A DNA stretch of 64,000 nt from the NCBI GenBank assembly GCA_963778115.1, contig CAVZSV010000006.1:32001-96000 (forward strand), written 5' to 3'. The notes below the pieces were generated by a model. It saw only the letters and a list, made by a program, of their open reading frames with translations. It did not search any database and had not been told where the DNA came from. A program made the position numbers and the translations under genes. The stretch is from an uncultured delta proteobacterium (GTDB taxonomy: Bacteria; Bdellovibrionota; FAC87; UBA2466). Each line of letters starts with the position of its first letter. The stretch's first letter is position 1. Below, in pieces: positions 40,528 to 49,442 of the stretch.

Positions 40528-40823
40528 TCCTGTCTCCAAGGGGGTCTTTTCTCAGAATTGTGAAAAAGCGCAAGTACTTTCTTGGGGGGCCTCCCCAAGT
40601 GGACCAAAATTGCGAAATACCCTGTCTAGCTTCACCATCGTATTTCTCGGGCCACGGGTTAAGTATAAGAAATCTTAGGCAACTCGAGGCTACCTCGAGA
40701 GCCCCTCTTTCTGTCTAAAAGGACAGCTCCATATAGCTTGCGAACTTTCATCCCGGTTACTTTCGGGGCGTCTTCTAGAGCTCTTTTGTTTCGAATCGTC
40801 GGTTTGGAAGAGGGGAGTTTGTT

Positions 40824-40990
40824 TTAGTTTGCCCGCAGCTTTCTAAAGCGAACCCTTCCTTCGACTAAACCGCTGCGAAATCCGGCCGCGGTTAATGCCG
40901 CGGCCGGATACCTAACCTCTTAAATCTCTTTCGTTTACCTACTCTCTTCTTACTCTGGGGATTGATCGAACGGGTCCGATTGTCTATAAG
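40824..40990 (+). promoter_or_regulatory. Duplicated upstream element, copy 1 (26-mer + hairpin + TTGATC-N17-TATAAG)
   Basis: 26-mer at 40824-40849, hairpin at 40880-40909, promoter-like hexamers at 40962-40967 and 40985-40990. Confidence 0.65.
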
Positions 40991-41017
40991 GTTCGGGCTC
41001 TTGTTCAAGGAGGCCTG

Positions 41018-43609
41018 TTGCTACTGCCGTGGAAAGATCTGCCAAGTCGGGTACGTTGGTATTTTCGAGCTCTGGGAATTTCTCTTTCCCTGGCAAGCCC
41101 CGTGACGATGGCCGCCTCCCCGGTTCATATAGAACAAGACAGGCTCTTCTCCCAACCGGCGCAAGCCGTTGCCGTTCTCAATACCAGAATCGATACGTTC
41201 GCCTGTCTCATGGGAAGCCTTCAGTGGGACGACCTCGATCCCTACTACGGAACGGTATTGCTGGTTAAAATTACAAAACCTTTTTATTATTTCTTAACCC
41301 CAGCGCACGAGATTCCCAAAGACTCAGGGAAATGGAAGGACATTCGGGTCACCGGTTGCGTCACCGATCATCAGGCGAAATCGGCCAAAGTCGTAGGGAT
41401 CGATCGCGGACAGGATGTGGCTCTGTTAGCGGTAGAACGGGCCGTCACTGAGGCCGACGATATCATGCTTTTCAACGTAGCTCTTGAAACTAGCATTGAA
41501 CGACAGATAGGAGAAAAAAAGTGGCGCACCGCAATTTTAGGAATCCCCAGCTATTCTTCGATCGATGTTCAAATGCTAAAAACGGCAACGTGGAAAGAGG
41601 AAGCCGAAACGATGAAAAGCTGGGCGCCTCAACCGGAGCTCTCCATTCCGTGGGAGGGATTGCCGAGCCCCGCTGAGCCGCTGCCTCTTCGACAAGATTG
41701 TCCTCCGGTTTTTTCCCACGGCTGTTATCAGGTCTCACACCGCAGTTGGGGCTTTTCGGGAGGACTTTTGTTAGTAGCTCCGGAAAGCATTTGGGAGCCG
41801 GAGAACGCGGTGGCTAAAGTTCTGCCCCTTTTAGGTCTAGTGGGAAACGCGGCTCTGAAGGTGGGGTTGTACCCTCGCATTGCCGGAATCGTCACCCATT
41901 TCTCTCCTTTAGGGGAGACCACTTATGTCCTTCCTATCGTTACGGCGTTAGACACTGCTTTACGGCTTCTTAAGAAAAGCCATCATTTACAGAATTCCAA
42001 TGCCGACGTTTATTACGAAGATCAGGATGCCACAGGAACATTTCGGATGGTCTGCGACGAGAAATCGGGTCAACGGATAGACATTGAGATTCTCAAGGGG
42101 CCTCTAGCGGGAAAATGGCTATCGGGTGCGAAGAGTTCCCAAGCCATAGCCATGGCTAAACCGGGAGGCGGAGAGAGTTCTGGAGGAGGCGGAGAGAGTT
42201 CTGGAGGAGGCGGAGAGAGTTTTGGAGGGGGAGGGGAAAGCTCGGGCGGAGGCGCAGACCAATCGGGTGATTCGCTTGGTTCCTATTTTCTATTGGGTCG
42301 TGACGGCAATGTGGTGGGGCTAGCCAATTTCGAGCAGACCGTTTCTCAGCTTAAGGCGCCAGGCCAATGGGGAAGCTCTAGAAATCTGATAGGGACCTTG
42401 CTAGGACTAAGTCCGCAATTCAAAGGGGTAGACGCTCTTTTAAAATTTCGCCCCGGAATAGTTCTGTCATCCAACGGAACTGCGGATAAGTCCCAAACCA
42501 TCTATGGCCATGGAGATAGGTCCATCGTCAATCTCCCTTCGTTTGTTACCTCCTACTTGGCCAATCCCGACGGTAAGCTTTTCGAACAGCGGGATACGGT
42601 GCTGCCCGAACAGTTTCAATTGCCTGCTTCAAAAGGGTACGGGCTATTTACTGGCCTTACGGTGTATCAGTTAAAGAAGTTAATCAAGCCCGAGGACAAC
42701 AATGAAGCTTCCCTCAAAGTGCTTAAGGAATCCAAAATAAGAATTTCTGAACTTCTCATGTTGCTAGCGCAACTACGTGATCAGGGAAAGCTACATGGCC
42801 ATCCCGTCGACGTCGTGGCAGCGAGGATCGACTACCTTAACGGAGGGAGCGTATCACGGGCTTCGTTGATTCGTTCGCAGGGGGAAGTTCAACTAAAGGC
42901 TTTTGTCCCTAGGCTGGGGGAACTTAGCTTAAGCTTCTCTGATGAATTTGAGGCGCAAGGGGATACGTATTTTCGATTCACGGGACCTCTCACTATCCGC
43001 CGTTCTTCCGAGAATGCAGCTGCGATTACTGGCTTCGGTGTCGCTATCATTCAAAAGCTTCCGGTGGATCGAAGGTGGGAGATTAAGATCGTCTATGGTC
43101 ATCAAGGAGAGGTGTTTTCTAAGTTAAAGGTTCCGGGCCGCGTTCGCCCTTGTGAAGACGAATCCAAGCAACTCAACCTAGAAGCGCTTAGCCTTCCTTT
43201 GGAAGAGACTAAGCAAGCGATTTCGATCGCGATGACCAGGGAGGAGAGACACTACATCGATACCGCAGTACTGCCTACTTTCGATCAATCGCTGGATTTC
43301 ATTCCCGGAGTGAAAGCCGTGGGAACGAATGCTAACGAGCAGCTTGAGGCCTTCACGCTTTCTCTGGATGCTTTAAACAAGAAAATCCAGGTTGCCGAAA
43401 TTGCGCAGTACGTACGAAAAACCCAAGCCAATATTCAAGAAGCGGATCGAAAGATGCGAGAGATGGAAGCGAAGCTGGGAATTACGGCCCCTCCTTTGGG
43501 ACACGTTTCTTTAGAACAGCAGACGCATGACCTTGAAGCCCGACTTAAAGTCGTCAGCGAGATCGCGGAAAGGCTTGAAAAGCAAAGGGCTGTAGCCAAT
43601 CCCCAATAA
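41018..43609 (+). CDS. Large secreted protein: trypsin-like domain, Gly-rich repeats, C-terminal coiled coil
   Basis: AAGGAGG RBS + TTG start, FLTPAH / DVALL / GFSGG triad-like motifs, (GGGESSG)x4. Confidence 0.6.
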   Translation: MLLPWKDLPSRVRWYFRALGISLSLASPVTMAASPVHIEQDRLFSQPAQAVAVLNTRIDTFACLMGSLQWDDLDPYYGTVLLVKITKPFYYFLTPAHEIPKDSGKWKDIRVTGCVTDHQAKSAKVVGIDRGQDVALLAVERAVTEADDIMLFNVALETSIERQIGEKKWRTAILGIPSYSSIDVQMLKTATWKEEAETMKSWAPQPELSIPWEGLPSPAEPLPLRQDCPPVFSHGCYQVSHRSWGFSGGLLLVAPESIWEPENAVAKVLPLLGLVGNAALKVGLYPRIAGIVTHFSPLGETTYVLPIVTALDTALRLLKKSHHLQNSNADVYYEDQDATGTFRMVCDEKSGQRIDIEILKGPLAGKWLSGAKSSQAIAMAKPGGGESSGGGGESSGGGGESFGGGGESSGGGADQSGDSLGSYFLLGRDGNVVGLANFEQTVSQLKAPGQWGSSRNLIGTLLGLSPQFKGVDALLKFRPGIVLSSNGTADKSQTIYGHGDRSIVNLPSFVTSYLANPDGKLFEQRDTVLPEQFQLPASKGYGLFTGLTVYQLKKLIKPEDNNEASLKVLKESKIRISELLMLLAQLRDQGKLHGHPVDVVAARIDYLNGGSVSRASLIRSQGEVQLKAFVPRLGELSLSFSDEFEAQGDTYFRFTGPLTIRRSSENAAAITGFGVAIIQKLPVDRRWEIKIVYGHQGEVFSKLKVPGRVRPCEDESKQLNLEALSLPLEETKQAISIAMTREERHYIDTAVLPTFDQSLDFIPGVKAVGTNANEQLEAFTLSLDALNKKIQVAEIAQYVRKTQANIQEADRKMREMEAKLGITAPPLGHVSLEQQTHDLEARLKVVSEIAERLEKQRAVANPQ
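42164..42253 (+). repeat. 21-bp tandem repeat x4 encoding GGGES(S/F)G
   Basis: GGAGGCGGAGAGAGTTCTGGA twice, one copy with a single substitution, one synonymously diverged copy. Confidence 0.92.
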
Positions 43610-43626
43610 GGAAAGGATTTTCGCTA

Positions 43627-44907
43627 GTGTCAATAAACTCTAGAAAGAAAAAGCGGGTAGGCGAAATCCTCTTACTTCTGCTCACCCTCTTATTTTCGAC
43701 AGGCGGCATCTCCGTGGCAGAGCATGAACAGAGGGAGTCTAGAGAAGATGCTACGCAGAAGGACTGCGCGGTTAGTTTAAAGGATGAATTGCAACGTCGT
43801 GATAGCGTATCTCAAGCCCGTGTCTATGCCGCTTTTTCCAGATTTACGACGGACAGTCTCATCAATCGACTGGAGGCTTTCCACGTCATTCAAGTTCAGC
43901 AAGGAAGGGGAGCCCGCGGTTTAGAGACTCAGAAAACGTTTAACTTGAATTGGTTACTCAAGCGTGAATTCTCAGACCTCTGGGAGAAGGTGGTCGACCA
44001 TTTTGATCCCGAAACCGTTGGTTATACCGTGCTATCGCCGAGAGATTGGGTGCGTCTGTGGGAAAAAACGTTTGTGGATAAGCAGCATGGAGGCACTTTA
44101 GCCAAGAACTGGGATTCAGGCCGTCCCGCGGGTAGGGAGCGTTTCATTGATAGATTGATCAATGCAGTTGCTCTCAGACAACAGACAAGGATTGGCGAAA
44201 CCGGGCAGCCGCGGGAATGGATCACGGAACCCCATACGGATCTTTCCATCGCCGTCATGATCGATTCAAGGCTTGTGGATCCCCATTTTCAGAGGGACTA
44301 CGATACCGCACATCGCCGTTCACGAGGCCTACGAACCCCTCCTATCACCTATCCCCTCAGGGGAAAAACACACCTTACCGGAGGCGATTTGGAAACCATG
44401 GTTCCGATGCGGCCCTTTCGAGTCTCCGGTCAGGCTCCGTCTCGTCGACAGTGGGAAAGGCTTCGAAGTAGAGAAGGGCGTCTTAGGTTGATGGAAAACG
44501 CGATCCGTTGGTGGGGCTCAAGGGAATTACCACTCGGCGCGCTATTCTTGACCACAAGTTCCTCTTCCGAAGTCCACATAGCGCTCGAGTGGACACAGGG
44601 GGAAACTATTTTTGGCTCTCTCAATGAAGACCCAGAGACTTTTTTTTCGGAACTTCAACTTAGGCTGGCGGACGAATTTCAATTGCGGCGGGGGGACTCT
44701 GGCAATTGGGCCCAGGAGTTTCTCGTCCAAGGGGCTCTGACGTATCAGAGAGCTTTAAACGCTCGCTTTTGCTTCCAGTTGGAACAGCCAGAGCGAATCG
44801 ACTATCTAAACCCCGAAACACGGCTTTGGAAGAAAAGTCGATTTACGGTCTTAAACTTTCAGGCCGCCATATCTGCCGCGGAAAATCGTTTACTCTCGGA
44901 AAAGTGA
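43627..44907 (+). CDS. Hypothetical secreted protein
   Basis: 426-aa ORF, AAAGGA RBS, signal-like N-terminus, 17 nt after the previous stop. Confidence 0.65.
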   Translation: MSINSRKKKRVGEILLLLLTLLFSTGGISVAEHEQRESREDATQKDCAVSLKDELQRRDSVSQARVYAAFSRFTTDSLINRLEAFHVIQVQQGRGARGLETQKTFNLNWLLKREFSDLWEKVVDHFDPETVGYTVLSPRDWVRLWEKTFVDKQHGGTLAKNWDSGRPAGRERFIDRLINAVALRQQTRIGETGQPREWITEPHTDLSIAVMIDSRLVDPHFQRDYDTAHRRSRGLRTPPITYPLRGKTHLTGGDLETMVPMRPFRVSGQAPSRRQWERLRSREGRLRLMENAIRWWGSRELPLGALFLTTSSSSEVHIALEWTQGETIFGSLNEDPETFFSELQLRLADEFQLRRGDSGNWAQEFLVQGALTYQRALNARFCFQLEQPERIDYLNPETRLWKKSRFTVLNFQAAISAAENRLLSEK

Positions 44908-45030
44908 CAGACCCCTGTTGGCGGTCCTGCCAACAGAATCCAGCTCGTGATGCCATTAACGTTGTTTCGCCACTCCCTAAAAGTTTAAGAAGTGGACAAC
45001 AGCATCTTTGGGTCCAGGGAAAGTTTTGCC

Positions 45031-45171
45031 TTAGTTTGCCCGCAGCTTTCTAAAGCAAAGGTCTTCCTCGGATTTGGACGCCGGTCGCGGCCTTACGGTC
45101 GCGACCGGCTGAATTTTTGGCAGGCGGCTAGTTAAATAGCCATTGATCCCGATCTCATAGCTCACTATATA
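45031..45171 (+). promoter_or_regulatory. Duplicated upstream element, copy 2 (26-mer + hairpin + TTGATC-N17-TATATA)
   Basis: 26-mer at 45031-45056, hairpin at 45080-45109, hexamers at 45143-45148 and 45166-45171. Confidence 0.65.
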
Positions 45172-45189
45172 TTCCCGGTGGGAACTCAT

Positions 45190-46029
45190 ATGAATGGACC
45201 GGATCTGCTTCATTTCACCGATTATCGAGCATTTCTATTGGGTTATGCTGCGATCAAGAAACAGCACCGGTCCAAGTGGACCCTGGGGGCGTGGTCTAGG
45301 CAGTTAGGGCTGAAATCCACCGCTTCTTTGACCAAGATTTTAAACGGCGACAGACAGCCTGGTCCGGGGACCACCGAGAAATTCATCCAGTACTTCAAGT
45401 TTGATGGCCATAAGAGCGAATATTTTCGCAACCTCATCGAGCTGGGAAAGCTCCAAGATAAGCCGCAAGTGAAAGCACTACTGCTGGAAAGGCTCGGCTT
45501 TGAAAATCCCGGGAAAAAAAGGCTACTCACCGAGGCTGAGTACGCCAAGATTTCTCGTTGGTACGCGTACGCCATTCGAGAGATGGTCCAGTTGCCTTTG
45601 TTTCGGGAAAATCCGGTTTGGATAGCGTCCAAGTTCTTCTCGCCAGTGGCTGAAAATGAGATCAAAGAGACCGTCGATATTTTATTGCGACTTGGCCTTT
45701 TGACCCGAGGGCGAAACAGAAAGCTTATGCTAGCCGATTCGCTGGTAGCCTCTTCTTCGGACATTCCGAGTCAGGCCCTACAACAGCACCACTTAGAGAC
45801 TCTGGAGCAGACAAAGCATCTGTTCCCTAAGCTTGACGTTAGTGAGAGAGAAATTACCAACACGACCTTTCTGATGAAAAGTTCCGATGTTTCGGCAGCC
45901 AAAGTGAGTATCCGCTCTTTTAAAAGGAAATTTGTCGATCAGTTCGAGAAGGCTTCAGGAAATGCCGTCTATCGAATTCAGGTCCAGTTGATTCCGCTGA
46001 CAAAGCCAGTCCAAACGGAGGAAATGTGA
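45190..46029 (+). CDS. TIGR02147/DUF4423-family HTH protein
   Basis: DYRAFL, WSRQLGLKSTASLTKILNGDR HTH, YFRNL, WYAYAIRE, C-terminal VYRIQVQLIPLT. Alternative GTG start at 45178. Confidence 0.85.
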   Translation: MNGPDLLHFTDYRAFLLGYAAIKKQHRSKWTLGAWSRQLGLKSTASLTKILNGDRQPGPGTTEKFIQYFKFDGHKSEYFRNLIELGKLQDKPQVKALLLERLGFENPGKKRLLTEAEYAKISRWYAYAIREMVQLPLFRENPVWIASKFFSPVAENEIKETVDILLRLGLLTRGRNRKLMLADSLVASSSDIPSQALQQHHLETLEQTKHLFPKLDVSEREITNTTFLMKSSDVSAAKVSIRSFKRKFVDQFEKASGNAVYRIQVQLIPLTKPVQTEEM

Positions 46030-47156
46030 AAAAGGTAGTCTTGTTTTTGTTTGTCTTTGCCTGTGGGGTTTGTTGGGGGGGAGGGGAATCCAACAATGGC
46101 GGCAATTCGGTCGCGGGTATTTTGGAAATGTTAAGTCAACGTGTGGTGGCCGCTACCTTCGAGCATGCGAGAAATGATGGATCTGCCACCGAAGCGGAGA
46201 GAAAGGCGTTAACAGAGCTATTGAGCCAGCCGTTGCCTTTTGTCGCGGTACTTCCGGAAACGCTGCCCTTGGGGCGCTTCTTTGATAGGAACAACATCGA
46301 GGGGAAAATTCTAAAGATTGGAAACGAAGGGCGCCTTCTGGATAACGGTTCGAACCCTGTCGACGCGCGGGTGGTATTTGATCGAGAGCAAGGCCGGTAT
46401 GTGATTCAATGGGATGAGCGAAGTTTCCAAAGAGTGACCCATGACGGGCAGGTCTTTCCCGACTCGTTAATTTGCGATATCGCCCACGAAGTCGTTCGCT
46501 ATGGCTTTCATAAGGGGCTACTTCCTCGCAACGATGATGACAGAAAAATTACGGGAAACCTGTACGTTCCTTTTATCAGTAAAATTCCTCTCAAATCAGC
46601 GCTCTATCGATTTGATTTTGTTAGACGTCGCGCGGAAATTGCCGCTTCTACTGAGGAAATATTAGGCATCCTGCGCACCGACTTAGCCAACCATTCGATG
46701 AGCCAAAGTGTCGTCGCCGTTTATGAGGCCAACTTAACCACCATAGGAAATTATAAGAATACGGTGGAAGACAGAAGTCCGGATGAGATCGCCGAGGAGT
46801 TAGATAACGTAGAGAAAGATGGCGTCGATCAAAGGGAGCGATTAGATAAAGCGCGAGGGTTAGTGCCCTATACTCACGCCGGGGCCCTACGTCTTGATTT
46901 TCCGGCACGGGCGAAAATTATTAAGGACAAGATCCAGCGACTGCTTAATTTAGGGAAATATAACCTGAAGCTTCGCCGAAACCCTTCGGCCCACCAGGAA
47001 TTGGCAGCGTATGAACAGGCTGGCGGCTATTTTCTCCACTATCGACGAACCGACTGGCCCGCCTCCGACGAACTCACAGCGCAACAGTTCGATGGCTGGG
47101 AGGCCAATACGATTGCTTTGACGAATAGGATGCTGCAAAGGCTAAGAGAGCCTTAA
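46026..47156 (+). CDS. Secreted hypothetical protein with N-terminal GGESNNGG motif and degenerate HExxR zincin-like motif
   Basis: Signal peptide, GTGA overlap with the TIGR02147 stop, and DIAHEVVRYG...DDD. Confidence 0.65.
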   Translation: MKKVVLFLFVFACGVCWGGGESNNGGNSVAGILEMLSQRVVAATFEHARNDGSATEAERKALTELLSQPLPFVAVLPETLPLGRFFDRNNIEGKILKIGNEGRLLDNGSNPVDARVVFDREQGRYVIQWDERSFQRVTHDGQVFPDSLICDIAHEVVRYGFHKGLLPRNDDDRKITGNLYVPFISKIPLKSALYRFDFVRRRAEIAASTEEILGILRTDLANHSMSQSVVAVYEANLTTIGNYKNTVEDRSPDEIAEELDNVEKDGVDQRERLDKARGLVPYTHAGALRLDFPARAKIIKDKIQRLLNLGKYNLKLRRNPSAHQELAAYEQAGGYFLHYRRTDWPASDELTAQQFDGWEANTIALTNRMLQRLREP

Positions 47157-47292
47157 CGAAGTCTGCCAGGGTGATAGCAGACTACGGCCTCTATAATGTC
47201 TGACCGCGTCATGGTATAATAATGCTCAAATCTCCAACGAATCTTGACGATGAAAGAGTAAAGGGTCTCACTAAGCTCAGTATCTTTGCTAA

Positions 47293-48144
47293 ATGCTGAG
47301 TCATCTGTCACATTCGGTAACAATGGAAAATATGATTCTCTCTCCTGAGATCGAACCGATAGCTGGCACTCTGCGACGAGGTTCCCCGGATAGGTTCGGC
47401 TATGAATGGTCTATTTATAAGGACGTTCTCCCCGAGCACCGCGTGCAGCTTCAACGGTGGTTAGGAGAGGTCACTTTAGAGAGCTTTCGCGGCAAGCGTG
47501 TTTTGGATGTCGGTTGTGGTATGGGGCGCAACTCTTATTGGATGGCTATGGCAGGAGCGAGCTCCGTATTAGCTGTTGATGTAAATGAAGGGAGTCTTAG
47601 ATCGGCGCGAGAAAATCTAAAGCCTTTGCTCCAAGTCCAAGTCAAAGAGGGTTCGGCCTACGATTTAGACGCGGCAGAGATAGGAACGTTCGATCGTGTC
47701 GTCTGCATTGGCGTATTGCACCACTTGGCCAATCCTTCGGCTGCCCTGGCAAAGATGTGGAGTGTGGTTAAGCCGGGCGGGGAGCTTATCTTGTGGTGCT
47801 ATGGCAAAGAGGGAAACCGAACGCTGCTTCCTTTGATCCAAATTCTGCGGGCGCTAGGTTCGCGTCTGCCACTGCCGATTTCGCATCTAATGGCCAAAGC
47901 GGTAACCGCTCTTTCATGGCCCTTAATTAGAGGGCTTCCTTGGAAGACCGATTATTACCGCAACTTAAAATCATTATCCTTTCGTAACGTCGAATCCATC
48001 ATCTTCGATCAGATGATTCCCCATATCGCGCATTACTGGACTCGAGATGCGATGATTGCCTTGACACAGCCCTTAGGAGGCAGAGTCGCTGTTTCTCTGG
48101 TTCAAGGTAACAGCTGGAATGTAGTGGTTCACAAAGCGCTGTAA
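47293..48144 (+). CDS. Class I SAM-dependent methyltransferase
   Basis: VLDVGCGMG, FD.V.CIGVLHH, KPGG. The true start may be slightly downstream. Confidence 0.9.
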   Translation: MLSHLSHSVTMENMILSPEIEPIAGTLRRGSPDRFGYEWSIYKDVLPEHRVQLQRWLGEVTLESFRGKRVLDVGCGMGRNSYWMAMAGASSVLAVDVNEGSLRSARENLKPLLQVQVKEGSAYDLDAAEIGTFDRVVCIGVLHHLANPSAALAKMWSVVKPGGELILWCYGKEGNRTLLPLIQILRALGSRLPLPISHLMAKAVTALSWPLIRGLPWKTDYYRNLKSLSFRNVESIIFDQMIPHIAHYWTRDAMIALTQPLGGRVAVSLVQGNSWNVVVHKAL

Positions 48145-49382
48145 ACCGCTAGCCTTCGAGACTGTTTTACTAGAATGATCCAAACGATTCCGCAGACGAC
48201 AAAAAGACTTTGCCTCGATTCCAAATACCGCGCCACCGTAGTTCCGATGATACCCGAGGGCGAAAGGGCTAGAAAAGCCACTGCGGCTAATAAAAGCCAG
48301 CGCTCCTTACCTTCCGAATTTAAGTAGGCCGTTAGTACGATACCGAGCATAACCGAATAGGTGTGGACCCACGGTAACGGGGACGCCATTACTCCTAGAA
48401 GGAGCAAAGCGGACACCGACGTTAGAAAGGCCATCGGATTTTGCTCTAATTCATCCAAACGAAACCGTGGCAACGCAAAAACGGCGATACCTAAGAAGGG
48501 CAAGATCCCTAGCATAGGCCATAGCGAATCGCTCTTGGCACCGAAGTAGTAGACGGCAAAAGGATAAATGCCCTGAGCAACGTACTGTCCCTTAATAATC
48601 GCGGCATACGGGGTCGTCTCTTTGATTTGTCGAATCCAATCTGCCCACAGTCCTGGTTCGGGGAGGCAGACTAGAAGGGCAACCACGCCAAGCGCGATAA
48701 GCGTGTTCCTCCAGGGCTGGCGTTTAAGGAACAGAAAAAAGATAATGAGCGCGTGAACTTTTAATATCGCCCCCAGGGTAAGGACCCCCACTCCGAGCCC
48801 AATTCGCCAGTATCTAGAAAGATGGCTCGTCGTTAACAAATAGACGCCAAGATAGATTAAGCAGTAGATCACAGCGCCAATCTGGCCCGAGCGAAATTCA
48901 TTTTCCAGAAACCGCAGGCTTGCCATGAACCCAAGCATGGTGCCGGCAAGCACCTGTTCCGAAAATCCAGGGCTTCTCCTCTTTCGAATGTCCCGCCCCG
49001 CGACTAAAGCGATCAGATACGGAATTAAGAGTAGGGCTATGAAGTGAAGCGTGACAAATATCGTTCTTGCGACGGGAACTGAAAATAGGGGAAGCCACAA
49101 CCAGTATAAGATAGTGACCGGAGGGTACTTGTAAGGGAGATCAACTTCGTTTTGGTATACGGCTACATGAGACAAAAACCGTTGGGCCGCTCGATAGTAG
49201 CAATAGAAATCATTTCTAGGAATGGCGAGCCGCATCGAAACAGCACTCGTCAATGCTGCGGCAATACAGAGAGCCATGCCCACCCAATAGCGAAGTCTCA
49301 CCTTTCCAGTCATGGTGTTTGGGGTACCACGACTATTTGAGGATGGGAACGGAAGTTCCAAGTACGGTAACCGCGTTGACAA
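48129..49382 (-). CDS. GT87-like (DUF2029) membrane glycosyltransferase
   Basis: DFYCYY, PYKYPP, GQ, LK, SPLPWVHTY, multiple TM helices. Confidence 0.8.
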   Translation of the reverse strand: MSTRLPYLELPFPSSNSRGTPNTMTGKVRLRYWVGMALCIAAALTSAVSMRLAIPRNDFYCYYRAAQRFLSHVAVYQNEVDLPYKYPPVTILYWLWLPLFSVPVARTIFVTLHFIALLLIPYLIALVAGRDIRKRRSPGFSEQVLAGTMLGFMASLRFLENEFRSGQIGAVIYCLIYLGVYLLTTSHLSRYWRIGLGVGVLTLGAILKVHALIIFFLFLKRQPWRNTLIALGVVALLVCLPEPGLWADWIRQIKETTPYAAIIKGQYVAQGIYPFAVYYFGAKSDSLWPMLGILPFLGIAVFALPRFRLDELEQNPMAFLTSVSALLLLGVMASPLPWVHTYSVMLGIVLTAYLNSEGKERWLLLAAVAFLALSPSGIIGTTVARYLESRQSLFVVCGIVWIILVKQSRRLAVYSAL

Positions 49383-49442
49383 GGTGTCGATAGAACGTTA
49401 ACGGGAAACGATTGGTGGTGTGACACTTGTGAGGTGACCTGT

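Noticed and set aside
40610..40882. Three TGCGAA(A/C)T direct repeats as an operator array
   Set aside because: They are short and about 130 nt apart, so chance occurrence cannot be excluded.
40800..40920. c-di-GMP-I riboswitch (GGCAAAC on the minus strand)
   Set aside because: The required order GGCAAAC...GAAA...GACGCAAAG is absent; GAAA precedes GGCAAAC here.
45031..45109. Duplicated element as an integron attC site
   Set aside because: No RYYYAAC...GTTRRRY box pair brackets the hairpin, and no integrase is present.
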